Positions 22,468-32,302 of a stretch of 64,000 nt of DNA are shown in pieces. A model generated the notes under the pieces. That model did no database searches. It worked only from the letters and a program-made list of their open reading frames with translations, and had not been told where the DNA came from. Both the position numbers and the translations under genes were made by a program. Origin of the DNA: Candidatus Eiseniibacteriota bacterium (GTDB lineage: Bacteria; Eisenbacteria; RBG-16-71-46; CAVPCR01). The stretch covers positions 2,080,001-2,144,000 of the forward strand of contig CAWGMA010000001.1 of NCBI GenBank assembly GCA_963823555.1, in the 5' to 3' direction. Within the stretch, counting starts at the first letter, position 1, and each line of letters begins with the position of its first letter.

Positions 22468-23670
22468 TCAAGCGTACTCGGGACTGGCGGCCGGCGGACG
22501 CGAGGCTTCCCTGCGGTAAAGGGCGCACTCCTCGACCAGCGTTCCCGGCCCCTCCAGATAGGACTCGATCTCGGCCGGCCCAGCCGAGAGCGGAAGGCCG
22601 TGGTCCGGGTTCGCCTGGGCGGCTCGCACGCGCTCGATCAACTTGAGGGTGATCGGACCCGGCCGCCCGCCACCCACGGCCTGGCCCGCGATCTTGATGA
22701 TGGGCATCACACCGGCGCCCGTGCCGGTCATGAAGCACTCGCGATCGGGACCGATGACATCGATGGGCAGAATATCGGCCTCCTCATCCACGTGATAGCC
22801 AGCCTCTCGGGCAAAGCCCAGGATCAGAGCCCGCGTCACACCGTTCAAGCAGTAGGCGCGGCGCGGTGTGGCCACCACGACCCGGCCCGGGTCGCTCTCC
22901 CAGCCGGAGCGCCGCTCGATCAGGAAGAAGTTGTCGACGGTCGCCTCGGCCACGAAGCCCTCCTTGGTCAGCATCAGAGCCTCGAGCGTCGTGGAATTGC
23001 GCGTGCCTTCGATCAGGGCCAGCACATTGTTGAGGTAGTTGTTGCTCTTGATGCGGGGATCGAGGACGGTGGCATCCGGGCGGCGTATGGTCCGGGCCAG
23101 ACCGATCTCGATGCCGGTCTCGTACATCTCACGCGGATAGAGCCGGATCGTCGAGGTCAGCGAGAACAGGGTCGGCGCCACGCACTTGCGCGGGTTGATA
23201 CCGAGATCACCCATCCCCCGGCTCAGCACGAGCCGGATGTAACCCGCGCCGCCAACTGCGCTGAGATCCACCTCGCGCGACACGGCGAGGATGAGCGATG
23301 TAAGCTCGATTTGTGTGTAGGGAATCTCGACGCCGATCCGGCGTGCCGAAGCCCAGAAGCGATCGATGTGTTCCTTGAAGAGGAAGATGCGATTCCCGGT
23401 AATGAGGATGCCCTCGAAACAACCGTCGCCATAGAGCACGAGGTGGTCGAAGCACGGCAGCCCGATCTCATCGACGGCGAAATGGCCGTGCCGCCGTTCG
23501 TACGCGGAGCCTGCATGGCGCTCGGATCGCGCTGGATCGAGCAGGACTCGCGGGGTGACTCCCGGCACAACCGGCATGCTGACGAAGATTCGCGCGCGCC
23601 GCGCCGCTTCGGCCAGGGCTTCTGCCCTGCTCGTAACGTCGGCCTGATGGGACGTATCACCGGTACGCAT
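22468..23670 (-). CDS. Class IV (fold type IV) PLP aminotransferase, IlvE-like
   Basis: LYGDGCFEG, EHIDRF, YIRLVLSRG, IKSNNYLNN (PLP Lys), EATVDN, LNGVTR, FMTGTGA; GGAGG SD. Confidence 0.9.
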   Translation of the reverse strand: MRTGDTSHQADVTSRAEALAEAARRARIFVSMPVVPGVTPRVLLDPARSERHAGSAYERRHGHFAVDEIGLPCFDHLVLYGDGCFEGILITGNRIFLFKEHIDRFWASARRIGVEIPYTQIELTSLILAVSREVDLSAVGGAGYIRLVLSRGMGDLGINPRKCVAPTLFSLTSTIRLYPREMYETGIEIGLARTIRRPDATVLDPRIKSNNYLNNVLALIEGTRNSTTLEALMLTKEGFVAEATVDNFFLIERRSGWESDPGRVVVATPRRAYCLNGVTRALILGFAREAGYHVDEEADILPIDVIGPDRECFMTGTGAGVMPIIKIAGQAVGGGRPGPITLKLIERVRAAQANPDHGLPLSAGPAEIESYLEGPGTLVEECALYRREASRPPAASPEYA

Positions 23671-23916
23671 CAGCTTCCTCCATCGACTCCACAACTGAAG
23701 ACCCTGAAGACCTGGGTGCCGGGCATGGGCACCGGGCGCCGACGCGGATGGGGATGGAAAGGACCGACCGGCGCGCGGCCGGGTGGGCGAACTCGTCGCA
23801 CCCGGCGCTGAGCATAGCCGCGGTCAGGCGCCAGCCTCAAGCGAAAAGCCGGCGCCAGGCCTGGGCGGGACCGAAGCACCCACCAGAGAGACGGCGGATC
23901 CGGCAAACTCCGTGGA

Positions 23917-24516
23917 TCACTGTTGATGGGGATTCCCTGCCCCCTCGCCGAACACTTGCGCGGTGAACGCAAAGAGCTTGGCATCCGTGTTTCGCCACGC
24001 ATCCTCGCGCAACCCGGCCTTCAGACAAACCTGACGGAGGAACATGTCGCGGCCCCACTGCTGCTCCGTGGCCACCTGCGGCAACAGGAGCCCGCGCCGT
24101 CCACCACTCTCGATGACCAGGCCGTGCCGTCCGGGCTCGACCTCTTCAGGGGCAACGGGTACCAACAACCCCATGACTGAAACCTCGACGTCAACGGCGG
24201 GCAACTCCTCAGGCTCGATAGGCGGAAAGCGGAAGTCCTTGCAGGCTGCGCTCACCGCGTTTTCCATCACCGCCGCGACCAGCGGACGCATCGGCTCGAT
24301 GAACCCCACGCAACCGCGGAGTGCGGAGCCGCGGTGGAGCGACACGAACGCACCTTGGGGCTGGAGCAGGCGAGGGGAAACAGGCATCCCGTGCGGTGGC
24401 CACGTGACGACCTTGCCTTCGCGGACCACATGTTCGAGCGCCAGCCGGGCGAAGGACAGGATTTCGCGCTGCTCATCAGGAGAGAGCGCGGGTAGCGAAT
24501 GGGGATGGGTTGTCAT
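23917..24516 (-). CDS. AMMECR1-domain protein (AmmeMemoRadiSam protein A)
   Basis: GAFVSL...LRGCVG, DFRF, GRHGL, GLLLPQVA, LKAGL. Confidence 0.92.
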   Translation of the reverse strand: MTTHPHSLPALSPDEQREILSFARLALEHVVREGKVVTWPPHGMPVSPRLLQPQGAFVSLHRGSALRGCVGFIEPMRPLVAAVMENAVSAACKDFRFPPIEPEELPAVDVEVSVMGLLVPVAPEEVEPGRHGLVIESGGRRGLLLPQVATEQQWGRDMFLRQVCLKAGLREDAWRNTDAKLFAFTAQVFGEGAGNPHQQ

Positions 24517-24636
24517 GACCGTACCGCTGAGCCGAAGCCGCGCCAAAGAGAAGATCGCTCAGTGCGCGTTGATCACGCTATCACGCGCAACGAGAACGGT
24601 CAACGGCACCGGCCCGCGTCGGCCCTGGCAGCCGGG

Positions 24637-24768
24637 CTAGCTACCGGATTCGGCTGGCGGCGACTGCCGCGGCTTGCGAGCCGAGCGCTGATTCTTGCGG
24701 CGCACCTTCAGTCGCTTCTGGCGGCGCTGGCGCTGCCGCCTGAGTTCTTTCTTGCGTTCGCTACCCAA
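24637..24768 (-). CDS. 43-aa highly basic protein (DUF6800-like)
   Basis: Below the track cutoff; TGGAGG SD then TTG; MGSERKKELRRQRQRRQKRLKVRRKNQRSARKPRQSPPAESGS. Confidence 0.65.
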   Translation of the reverse strand: MGSERKKELRRQRQRRQKRLKVRRKNQRSARKPRQSPPAESGS

Positions 24769-24921
24769 GGGATTCCTCCACGATTCATAGGGAACATGGC
24801 GAGAACAGCGGCAGGGAGCCTAGCATTCTCCCCTGCCTGCTGTAAAGCAGGCCGAGGAACCGCTCGATCCGATCAGGCTCGTTGGCGGACGAACTCGACC
24901 GCCCTGCAACGTGGTCTCCTG

Positions 24922-26049
24922 CTATCGGCGCACGGCGACAGCGATGGGTCCATCACCGGTCGCGAACGACGCGACCAGCGTATCGGATGCAGCATCGACA
25001 ACGTAGACTCGATCATCGTCGAAATCGCTCACATAGAGCAGACCGGAGATCGGATCGAAGGCCATGGCGGTGAGGAACTCGGCCCCGCGGATGGCGTTGG
25101 CCTCGCCGGCCATCCGGCTGGCGAGATCGTAGATGCGCAGGCCCCCGGTGAATCCCGCGGTAAAGCCTCGGTCCCGAGAAAGGGGGATGGCGGCTACCGG
25201 CGACCCACCGAGCGCAACGGAGTCGACCACGGCCGGGACTTCCGGATCGATGACAAAGAGCTCTCCCTCCACGCCTCCGTTGGGTCCATAGTCACCGGTG
25301 CAGACGACGTGAATCCTGCCGTCTGGGGCCAGCGCCAGGGACTGCGGGTTGATCCCGACAAGAAGCCGCGCCCGCACCGTATCCACCGGCACGCTCATCA
25401 CGACGACCTCACCGGGATCATAGACATACGGCGCCACGTAATTGGTGACCGTCACATAGAGATCACCCGCTGGCGGCACGCCGGCCGGCGCGCCTCGCTC
25501 ACCGCCGGCAGCGACGAAGAGCACCCCCTCGGGACCACGCCCAACCGGAGTGCGATGGACGACCTGGCCCGCCGTCAGATCCACGTGGGACACGTCGTTC
25601 GTCATCCAGTTGGAGACGTAGGCATCGCCTGCCCCGGCGAGTGCCAGCGAGTACGGGCTCGTCCCTGATCCGAGATCGATCACGCTCCGGCCGATGACGC
25701 GATCCAGATCGATGACATCGATCCGATTGCTGCCCGAGCTCACGACATAGCCTGTGGTCCCATCGGGGGCGACAACGAGATCATTGGGAAAGGCGCCCAC
25801 CGCCATGGCGTTGGCAGCGGACTCTCCGGTCGATATGAGATAGCGCGACAGCGTCTCGCCAAGCGAATTGACGGTGAACACAGCGGGCTCGAGTGTCGGT
25901 GGCACGACATCGGTCACGTCGTCACCACAACTCATGCCGAGGAAGACCATCGGCAAGAGCATCACCGTGATCCGCAGCGGCGGCACCTGCCGGTGCGGGG
26001 CGCAAGCAGTCCATGTCCGGAGTGGCGAGCGAACTCTCGACTCTCTCAT
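24922..26049 (-). CDS. YncE/BtuG-like beta-propeller lipoprotein
   Basis: Lipobox LGMSC; YVTN-like blades (VGAFP, YVSN, VGRGP, YVTVTN, VGINP, TGDGP); ATGA overlap with the receptor stop. Confidence 0.8.
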   Translation of the reverse strand: MRESRVRSPLRTWTACAPHRQVPPLRITVMLLPMVFLGMSCGDDVTDVVPPTLEPAVFTVNSLGETLSRYLISTGESAANAMAVGAFPNDLVVAPDGTTGYVVSSGSNRIDVIDLDRVIGRSVIDLGSGTSPYSLALAGAGDAYVSNWMTNDVSHVDLTAGQVVHRTPVGRGPEGVLFVAAGGERGAPAGVPPAGDLYVTVTNYVAPYVYDPGEVVVMSVPVDTVRARLLVGINPQSLALAPDGRIHVVCTGDYGPNGGVEGELFVIDPEVPAVVDSVALGGSPVAAIPLSRDRGFTAGFTGGLRIYDLASRMAGEANAIRGAEFLTAMAFDPISGLLYVSDFDDDRVYVVDAASDTLVASFATGDGPIAVAVRR

Positions 26050-27974
26050 CGTGTCTCCAAGGTGGCCAGACGCAGGGCCAGACGCCACTCGCGTCCGGGA
26101 AGTGGATAGTCGCGCACATCAACAGCGGCAACGCCGCCGACGTTGCGGACGGCTAGAGATGCCTTGAGGCGCGGGCCAAGTTGTTGCTCGGCGCTCAAGT
26201 CGACCAGCCCGTATCCGGGCAGCGATTTCGTGTTGGCCGCGGTGACGTAGCTCTTTCCCACGCCATGCCAGGCGGCGCGCAGATCGAGCCCGCTCGAAAC
26301 CGGCACCGCGATCTCGACGTGACCTTCGACCAGAGCCCGGTACGGGAGACGCCTGCCCCCCACCTGCGCATCGCCGGTGCGATTGCGGGCATCCAGGAAG
26401 GTCACAGCGGCTTCGAGCTCGCCTGGACGCGGCAGGCCGGCGAACGAAACTGCGGTCGAGCCCTCGATCTCCAGCCCCTGGACCACGGCCAGGCCGATGT
26501 TGTGTGGCCGGTAGCGCCCATCCGGTCCCGCGGTCCACTGGATCAGCTGGGCAATCTCACGATGAAACGCGCTCACCGCCAGCCGCGCCCCACCACCGCG
26601 CGGACCGGCGAACCCGCGCTCGAGACCCACCTCGAGCTCGGTCGCGAGCTCTGGATCCAGATCCGGATTGATGAGCGAGGCGCCACGATCAGCGGCAAAG
26701 AGGTCATCGAAGCTCGGTGGACGATAGGCGCGTCCGGCGGCCGCGCGCAGCTCGAGCGCTCGCGGCAAATGCACCGCAACGGCCAGGCGTGGGCTCACCA
26801 CTGCTTCGAGCCCGCTCTCCACGTCGAGCCGCACCGCGGGAGCGACCTCGAACCGGCCCCTCCCCCATCGCCAGCGCACGTACCCGGCGGCGGTCCGGCG
26901 TTCGCGAGCGCCATCCACCGTGGACTCGAGGGTGGCGCGCCGCCATTCCATCCCGGCGGAAAGCAATGAAGCCGCGGCCACTCGATCGAGGCGGAGGTCG
27001 AGACCAAGAGCACGGTTCACGTGGCGATCCGCGATGGCCAGGCCGGGATCGGAATACGACCGGCGTTCCCGATGTCCGTTGACAGCCAGGGTGAACCGCG
27101 AACCGGGCTCGCCGGCGGTCCCACCGAACGCCAGTTCGGTGGCCACTCGCATCCGGCGATCGCCGCGCTGGGCAGCGGGAGTGGGAAACTCGACCGTTCC
27201 TGGCACCCCCTGCTCGCCGCTATCCAGCGCCCCATCGAGCGTGATCCCGAGACCGGAGTCCGAGCGCATCTTGAACCCGAGCGCTGCGCCCAGCGCCTCG
27301 ACCTCGGCATTCTGACGCGAGACCTCCTGGCCGCGCGTTGTGAGGCGGTAGTCCCCGGCGGTCGTCAACCCGGACGCTGAGAGCCAGAACCGGCCGCCTG
27401 GCCCGGCTCTCTGCTCGTGCGCCACCGTGGCGGCGCGGGTCCCGAAGCTTCCGGCCTCGAGACGGAACGTGGTCGCGTTCCGCGCGGCTCCCGTCGGGCG
27501 CGTCACCAGATTGACGACCCCGCCGAGAGCATCCGAACCGTAGAGCGCCGAGGCGCCCCCCCGCACCACTTCGACTCGATCGAGAGCGGCCACGTCGATG
27601 GCACCAAGATCGACGCCGCCGCCCTGAGCCGGGGTCAAGCGCCGGCCGTCCACCAGAACGAGCACCTGCTCGTTCGATACCCCGCGGATCGAGAGCGAGG
27701 CAAAGCTGCCCGGCGCGCCGAAACGAGCCACGCGGAGACCGGGCACCCACGCCAGCGCATCGGCGACGCGCAGGACACCGCAACGATTCAGGTCCGTGCC
27801 GCGGAGGGTGGATGAAGCGACGGGGAGGTCGGCGTTGAGGCTGCGCCAGGCTTCGGCCTCGACCGGGATGGGTTCGAGGACGTAGCGGACGAGAGAATCG
27901 GGAGGGGCTGGCTCCGCCGCTGCATGCGCAGCGAGGAACACGCTCCAGGCGGCAAGCACGAGTCGCGCGAGCAT
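26046..27974 (-). CDS. TonB-dependent receptor, BtuB-like (cobalamin uptake)
   Basis: Plug motifs SIRG, VLVLVDG, RVEVVRGGASALYGSDALGGVVNLVT; barrel motifs NPDLDPE, PLPGR; downstream of a B12 riboswitch. Confidence 0.9.
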   Translation of the reverse strand: MLARLVLAAWSVFLAAHAAAEPAPPDSLVRYVLEPIPVEAEAWRSLNADLPVASSTLRGTDLNRCGVLRVADALAWVPGLRVARFGAPGSFASLSIRGVSNEQVLVLVDGRRLTPAQGGGVDLGAIDVAALDRVEVVRGGASALYGSDALGGVVNLVTRPTGAARNATTFRLEAGSFGTRAATVAHEQRAGPGGRFWLSASGLTTAGDYRLTTRGQEVSRQNAEVEALGAALGFKMRSDSGLGITLDGALDSGEQGVPGTVEFPTPAAQRGDRRMRVATELAFGGTAGEPGSRFTLAVNGHRERRSYSDPGLAIADRHVNRALGLDLRLDRVAAASLLSAGMEWRRATLESTVDGARERRTAAGYVRWRWGRGRFEVAPAVRLDVESGLEAVVSPRLAVAVHLPRALELRAAAGRAYRPPSFDDLFAADRGASLINPDLDPELATELEVGLERGFAGPRGGGARLAVSAFHREIAQLIQWTAGPDGRYRPHNIGLAVVQGLEIEGSTAVSFAGLPRPGELEAAVTFLDARNRTGDAQVGGRRLPYRALVEGHVEIAVPVSSGLDLRAAWHGVGKSYVTAANTKSLPGYGLVDLSAEQQLGPRLKASLAVRNVGGVAAVDVRDYPLPGREWRLALRLATLETR

Positions 27975-28096
27975 CGCACCCTCCGACGAGGCACGAACGT
28001 CGCAGCCGGGGCCCCTTGCCCCGGTGCGGCGGCCGAAGACTCGCGAGAAGGTGCCGGCGGCTGCATCACCGGCTCAAACGATCCACGCACCTCGAC

Positions 28097-28123
28097 AAAA
28101 AACCCCGCCTCGAAGAGGCGGGG
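28097..28123 (-). terminator. Attenuator terminator of the cobalamin riboswitch
   Basis: Minus strand CCCCGCCTC-TTC-GAGGCGGGG-TTTTTT between the aptamer and the receptor gene. Confidence 0.85.
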
Positions 28124-28162
28124 CGCGCCAAGTGCCCTTCCCTCGAAGGCCTCCGACCTAGA

Positions 28163-28320
28163 AGCTTGGGAGCAGGTCTCCTGACTTGCGGGTCGCTCTA
28201 CTTGCTGCCACTTCCCAGGGATCGTTCCCCAGTGTGCTCACGCAGCTTTCGTCGCCGCTCACAGTGGCGGGACCGTGCCGGATTTGCACCGGCTTCCCTA
28301 ACGCATCCCAAGCGGTATTC
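28163..28320 (-). ncRNA. Cobalamin (AdoCbl) riboswitch
   Basis: Minus strand AGGGAAGCCGGTGCAAATCCGGCACGGTCCCGCCACTGT ... CACTGGG...CTGGGAAG ... B12 box AGTCAGGAGACCTGC. Confidence 0.95.
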
Positions 28321-28377
28321 GATTGGTGGCCGGGTCAACCCCGGCTTGAAGCATCATGCGCCGCCCCGTACGGTCCG

Positions 28378-30684
28378 TCAAGCTCCTTTCGGCGGAGCCA
28401 GATGGAGGCGCAACGAGGCAAATGCAGAGAGCGCGCGGCTCGCACGATCGATCTTCCGATACACCGGGATCCCGGCTCGCTGCAGGAGGGTGACCGTGGG
28501 ATCGTAGAGCCGTCCGGAATCCATCGAGACCACGAGCGGCTTGGTGATGTTGCGGCTCAGACGGATGATCTCGGCCGGCAGCGAACCCAGGGCGAAGATG
28601 TTCTCCGTGTGTCCGCCCGAGAGATCGGGCGCGAGCACCTCGAGCATCGGCGCTGCCGGCACGGCGGAGACAATGAGCGCATCGACGTTGGGGTCGCCGG
28701 CCAAGATCTCGACGGCCCGGATGAAACTCGCCGTGTCGGCCATCGGGGTGGCATCGACCGGGTTCCCCGCGTGGGCGATGTCAGGCAGGCAGGCGCGCAG
28801 AGCTTCGCGCGTTGTCGAGGCGAGATCCGCCAGCTCGAGGGAGTAGAGACGATCGCTCACCGCGCCGCACTCGAACCCGGCGTTGGAGATGGCGCCGATC
28901 CGGCGGCCGGTGATGGTCCGCCCGTCGAGCATGGTCAGAATCTTGGTGAAGTCCTCGAACTGGTTCAAGGTCTCGGGAACAATCGCGCCGGCGCGGGTGA
29001 GCAGTGAGCGGGCGACTTCATAGTCTCCTGCCATGGAGGCCGTGTGACTGGCGGCGGCGCGAGCGCCGAAGGCCGTCTTGCCCGCCTTGTAGATGACCAC
29101 CGCCCGCCCGGTTGCGGTCGCCCGTCGCACCAGATGGACGAAGCGTTCCCCCTCTCCCCGCTGGAAGCCCTCTATATAGAAGGCAAACACGTGGGCCGCG
29201 GGCTCGTTCTCCAGGTAGTACTCGAGGAAATCGCCCGCCGTCAGGTCCATCTCGTTGCCGTAGCTGATCGAGCTGCGGGGGAAGATGATGCCATCCAGGT
29301 TCGAAGTGAAGGTGACGAGATAGGCGCCGGACTGGCTGACCGCCACGAGCACATCGCCCGGTGCATCGTGAAACGGCAACTTGTAGGTCGGCAGGAAGAA
29401 GGTGTTGTACTCCCCCTTGCTGACGATCCCAAGGCAGTTGCCCCCAACCATCACCGGACCTGCCTCGTCCCGACGCGGGGCGCTGGCGAGGCATTCCTGG
29501 ATCTCCTGGGCCAGGCTCGCGTCTCCCGTCTCGGCAAACCCTCCCGGGATGAGAATGATCGAGCGCGCCTTTTGTTGACGGACGATGTCGGCGATGGCAT
29601 CTCGAGCCCCGCTGGCTGGGATCGAAATCACGGCCAGGTCCACCGCCTCCGGCAGGCTCGCCGTGTCGGGGTAGCAGGTCACGCCGTCAATGACCTGTTC
29701 CTTGGGATGCACGCCATACAGCTTGCCGTAGGTGATCCCGTTCGCCGTCTTGAGATTGCGCAGAATGATCCGACCCGCATTCATCACCTTGCTGCTGGCA
29801 CCGTAAATGGCAGCACTCTTGGGATGGAGCAGGTGCCTGATGACGCCGACCGGGCGCGGCCTCCGGCGCCCGGGTTCCGGGCCGGCCAGACGAACGAACG
29901 CGTCGAGGGCCACCAGCCGTCCGCCGGCGGCGGCCACCGGATTCAGCTCGATCTCCTCGAACGCCGGGGCTGTGGAATCGAGCGCGAGCGGCGCCTGCGC
30001 GAGCCGGGCGAGACCGGTCAGGATATCGACCAACCCCGCCGCCGGAACCGGTGCCTTGGCATGGACGCGCCCAGCGCGCAATGCCAGTTCGCCGAGGGCG
30101 AGCGCCTCGATCGCCGCCAGGGCTGTGGCTGGATCGAAATCCACGGCGGGCATGACCAGGCGCGTCTGCGCGGCGGAGAGACGTCCGTACCACTCGGCGA
30201 GAAGACCGCCGAGGCCGAAGAAGAGCACGGGGCCGAACGCCGGGTCGCGCCGCGCGCTGAACAGGTACTCGAACCCGGGGACATTGGCCGAGAAGGCGAT
30301 GTGCTCGGCCACCAGAACGCCGCGCCGATCCGTACCCGCCGGTGCGCGCTGCCGCACCTCGTCGAGCATGCGAGCGATCCCGGCGTTCACGGCCTCGAGA
30401 TCGCGCGCGACCACGGCCACACCGCCCATCTCGGTCTTGTGCACGATGTCGGGCGAGACGATCTTGAGCACCACCTGCTTGCTCGGGAGCGCCGAGAGAT
30501 CCGCGGCAGTCACGACCGCACCTGCTGGCACAAAGAGGTGCGCCGGTGTCGGGATACCGACAGCCGCAATCAGCTGGTAGGATTCGTGCTCGAGAAGGGT
30601 CATCCGCTGCTCGCGGCGCGCCGCCGCGAGCAAGGGACTCAGGTCCATCCGGGTCGTTGACCGCGCCATCGGTGTCGTCGTCAT
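28378..30684 (-). CDS. ADP-forming acyl-CoA synthetase (ATP-grasp domain first, then CoA-binding/ligase domains)
   Basis: VLKIVSPDIVHKTEMGGV, DPAFGP, IELNP, GGNCLG, SQSGA, AASHTAS (phospho-His), NPVD. Confidence 0.9.
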   Translation of the reverse strand: MTTTPMARSTTRMDLSPLLAAARREQRMTLLEHESYQLIAAVGIPTPAHLFVPAGAVVTAADLSALPSKQVVLKIVSPDIVHKTEMGGVAVVARDLEAVNAGIARMLDEVRQRAPAGTDRRGVLVAEHIAFSANVPGFEYLFSARRDPAFGPVLFFGLGGLLAEWYGRLSAAQTRLVMPAVDFDPATALAAIEALALGELALRAGRVHAKAPVPAAGLVDILTGLARLAQAPLALDSTAPAFEEIELNPVAAAGGRLVALDAFVRLAGPEPGRRRPRPVGVIRHLLHPKSAAIYGASSKVMNAGRIILRNLKTANGITYGKLYGVHPKEQVIDGVTCYPDTASLPEAVDLAVISIPASGARDAIADIVRQQKARSIILIPGGFAETGDASLAQEIQECLASAPRRDEAGPVMVGGNCLGIVSKGEYNTFFLPTYKLPFHDAPGDVLVAVSQSGAYLVTFTSNLDGIIFPRSSISYGNEMDLTAGDFLEYYLENEPAAHVFAFYIEGFQRGEGERFVHLVRRATATGRAVVIYKAGKTAFGARAAASHTASMAGDYEVARSLLTRAGAIVPETLNQFEDFTKILTMLDGRTITGRRIGAISNAGFECGAVSDRLYSLELADLASTTREALRACLPDIAHAGNPVDATPMADTASFIRAVEILAGDPNVDALIVSAVPAAPMLEVLAPDLSGGHTENIFALGSLPAEIIRLSRNITKPLVVSMDSGRLYDPTVTLLQRAGIPVYRKIDRASRALSAFASLRLHLAPPKGA

Positions 30685-30899
30685 CCTTCGCTCCCCCACC
30701 CGGCCAGGTCTGCCGGAATTCACCACCCCATCCACCCGGGACGGACCCCATTTGGGGCTCGAGCCCGAGCCATCGTAGCCTGACGGGCCCCCACTCTCAA
30801 GCCGGCCGAGTCACGATGCCGAGCGCGAGGTGCTAGATTTCGCGGCGAACCGGCGGGGAACGGCCCGGTCCCGGCAATCAGCAAGTCGAGAGGCAGCGT

Positions 30900-32141
30900 A
30901 TGGGCGAAGATCTTCTGCACCAAAGCGACGGGCTCGAGTGCCCGCACTGCCCCCCATGCCCCGGCTGCCCGCTCCTGGCCGTTGCCTATCGCGACCAGCT
31001 CGAAGAGAAGGCGGCTCTGCTCGGCCGCGCGCTGGCCGGCCTCGTCCCCGAGACGGCGATCCGTTCTCCGGTCGCCTCACCCCACCTCCACGGCTATCGG
31101 AATCAGTCCCGCCTCGTCTTCACTCGCGGCCGGACCGGACGCATCGAGACCGGGCTCTATGCCGCAGGCAGTCATCGCGTCATCCCCATCCCCCGCTGCT
31201 TGATCCAGCCCGAGGGCATGAATGCGATCGCCCGCACGACCGGCCGTGTGGCCCGGGAGCTTCGCCTCCTCGTTTACGATGAGCGCACGGGGCGCGGCCA
31301 TCTGCGCTACCTCGTCCTCCGCGCCGATCACACCCGACGCCACTTCCTGGTTGGACTGGTGGCTGCCGAGAACGCGGCCGATCCTCGACTGCGGGCCCTG
31401 GCCCGCGGCCTCCGCCAACGACATCCGGAAATCGCCGGGGTCTCGCTCCTTGTGAACACGACGCGAGGCAATGTGATCCTGGCCGGGGAAGAGGCCTGGA
31501 CCGAGGGGCAGACCCGCCTTCCCGACCGGATCGGCACCGCCGACCTTCTCGTCTCCATGCGGAGCTTCCTGCAGGCCAATCACGAGATCGCCGGGCTCAT
31601 CTGCGCGCGCATCGTGGATTTCATCGGCGACCACGGCATCGAAGCCGGAAGCACGATCCTCGACTTGTACTCGGGGGTCGGCGCCGTCGCCCTTCACCTG
31701 GCGCAGTCCGGGCGCCGGGTCCTCGGGGTCGAGGCCTCTCCCGGTGCCGTCGCGGACGCCGAGGCGGGACGGACCCGGGCCGGCATCCCTCGGGACCGGC
31801 TCCGCTTCATCGTGGCTCGTGCCGAGCACTTCTTCGACCGCCGTGAGAGATTGGCTCCCGAGCTCGATGCGGAGCCGGTCGGGGTGGCGGTGGTGAATCC
31901 TCCCCGCGCCGGATGTTCGCCCCGGGTCGTGGCCGGGCTCGTGGCGCTCGCACCGCGCCTCCTGGTCTACGCTTCCTGTAACCCCGGTACGCTCGCTCGC
32001 GACCTGGCGCTCCTCCGCCCGCTCTATTTCCCGCTGGAGGCGACCCCGTTCGACATGCTGCCGCTCACACCTCATCTCGAAGCGCTCGTCTTCCTCGAGC
32101 GGCGTCCGACTGTGGCATCCGCATCACACCCGGGTGAATGA
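30900..32141 (+). CDS. rlmD: RNA m5U methyltransferase (RlmD/TrmA family), no TRAM domain
   Basis: CPHCPPCPGC, SFLQAN, LDLYSGVG, VNPPRAG, YASCNPGTLARD, DMLPLTPHLE. Confidence 0.88.
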   Translation: MGEDLLHQSDGLECPHCPPCPGCPLLAVAYRDQLEEKAALLGRALAGLVPETAIRSPVASPHLHGYRNQSRLVFTRGRTGRIETGLYAAGSHRVIPIPRCLIQPEGMNAIARTTGRVARELRLLVYDERTGRGHLRYLVLRADHTRRHFLVGLVAAENAADPRLRALARGLRQRHPEIAGVSLLVNTTRGNVILAGEEAWTEGQTRLPDRIGTADLLVSMRSFLQANHEIAGLICARIVDFIGDHGIEAGSTILDLYSGVGAVALHLAQSGRRVLGVEASPGAVADAEAGRTRAGIPRDRLRFIVARAEHFFDRRERLAPELDAEPVGVAVVNPPRAGCSPRVVAGLVALAPRLLVYASCNPGTLARDLALLRPLYFPLEATPFDMLPLTPHLEALVFLERRPTVASASHPGE

Positions 32142-32219
32142 CGGCGGCGGTCATACCGCCCAGGAGCCAGGCAGACTCCGTAACCCATTGCGGTGCCGCG
32201 TGGTGCCGAGCCCCGCCGC

Positions 32220-32235
32220 TGGCACGCCGGTTGCG
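32220..32235 (+). promoter_or_regulatory. Sigma54 -24/-12 promoter
   Basis: TGGCACGCCGGTTGCG matches TGGCACG-N4-TTGC; IHF-like half site (minus CAATGGGTTA) at 32181-32190. Confidence 0.7.
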
Positions 32236-32302
32236 ATGGTGGCAGGACGGGCGATGGCTCGGGGCCATCGCCGCCGCCCCCGGGCGGCAAGGAGAAAGAC
32301 CC

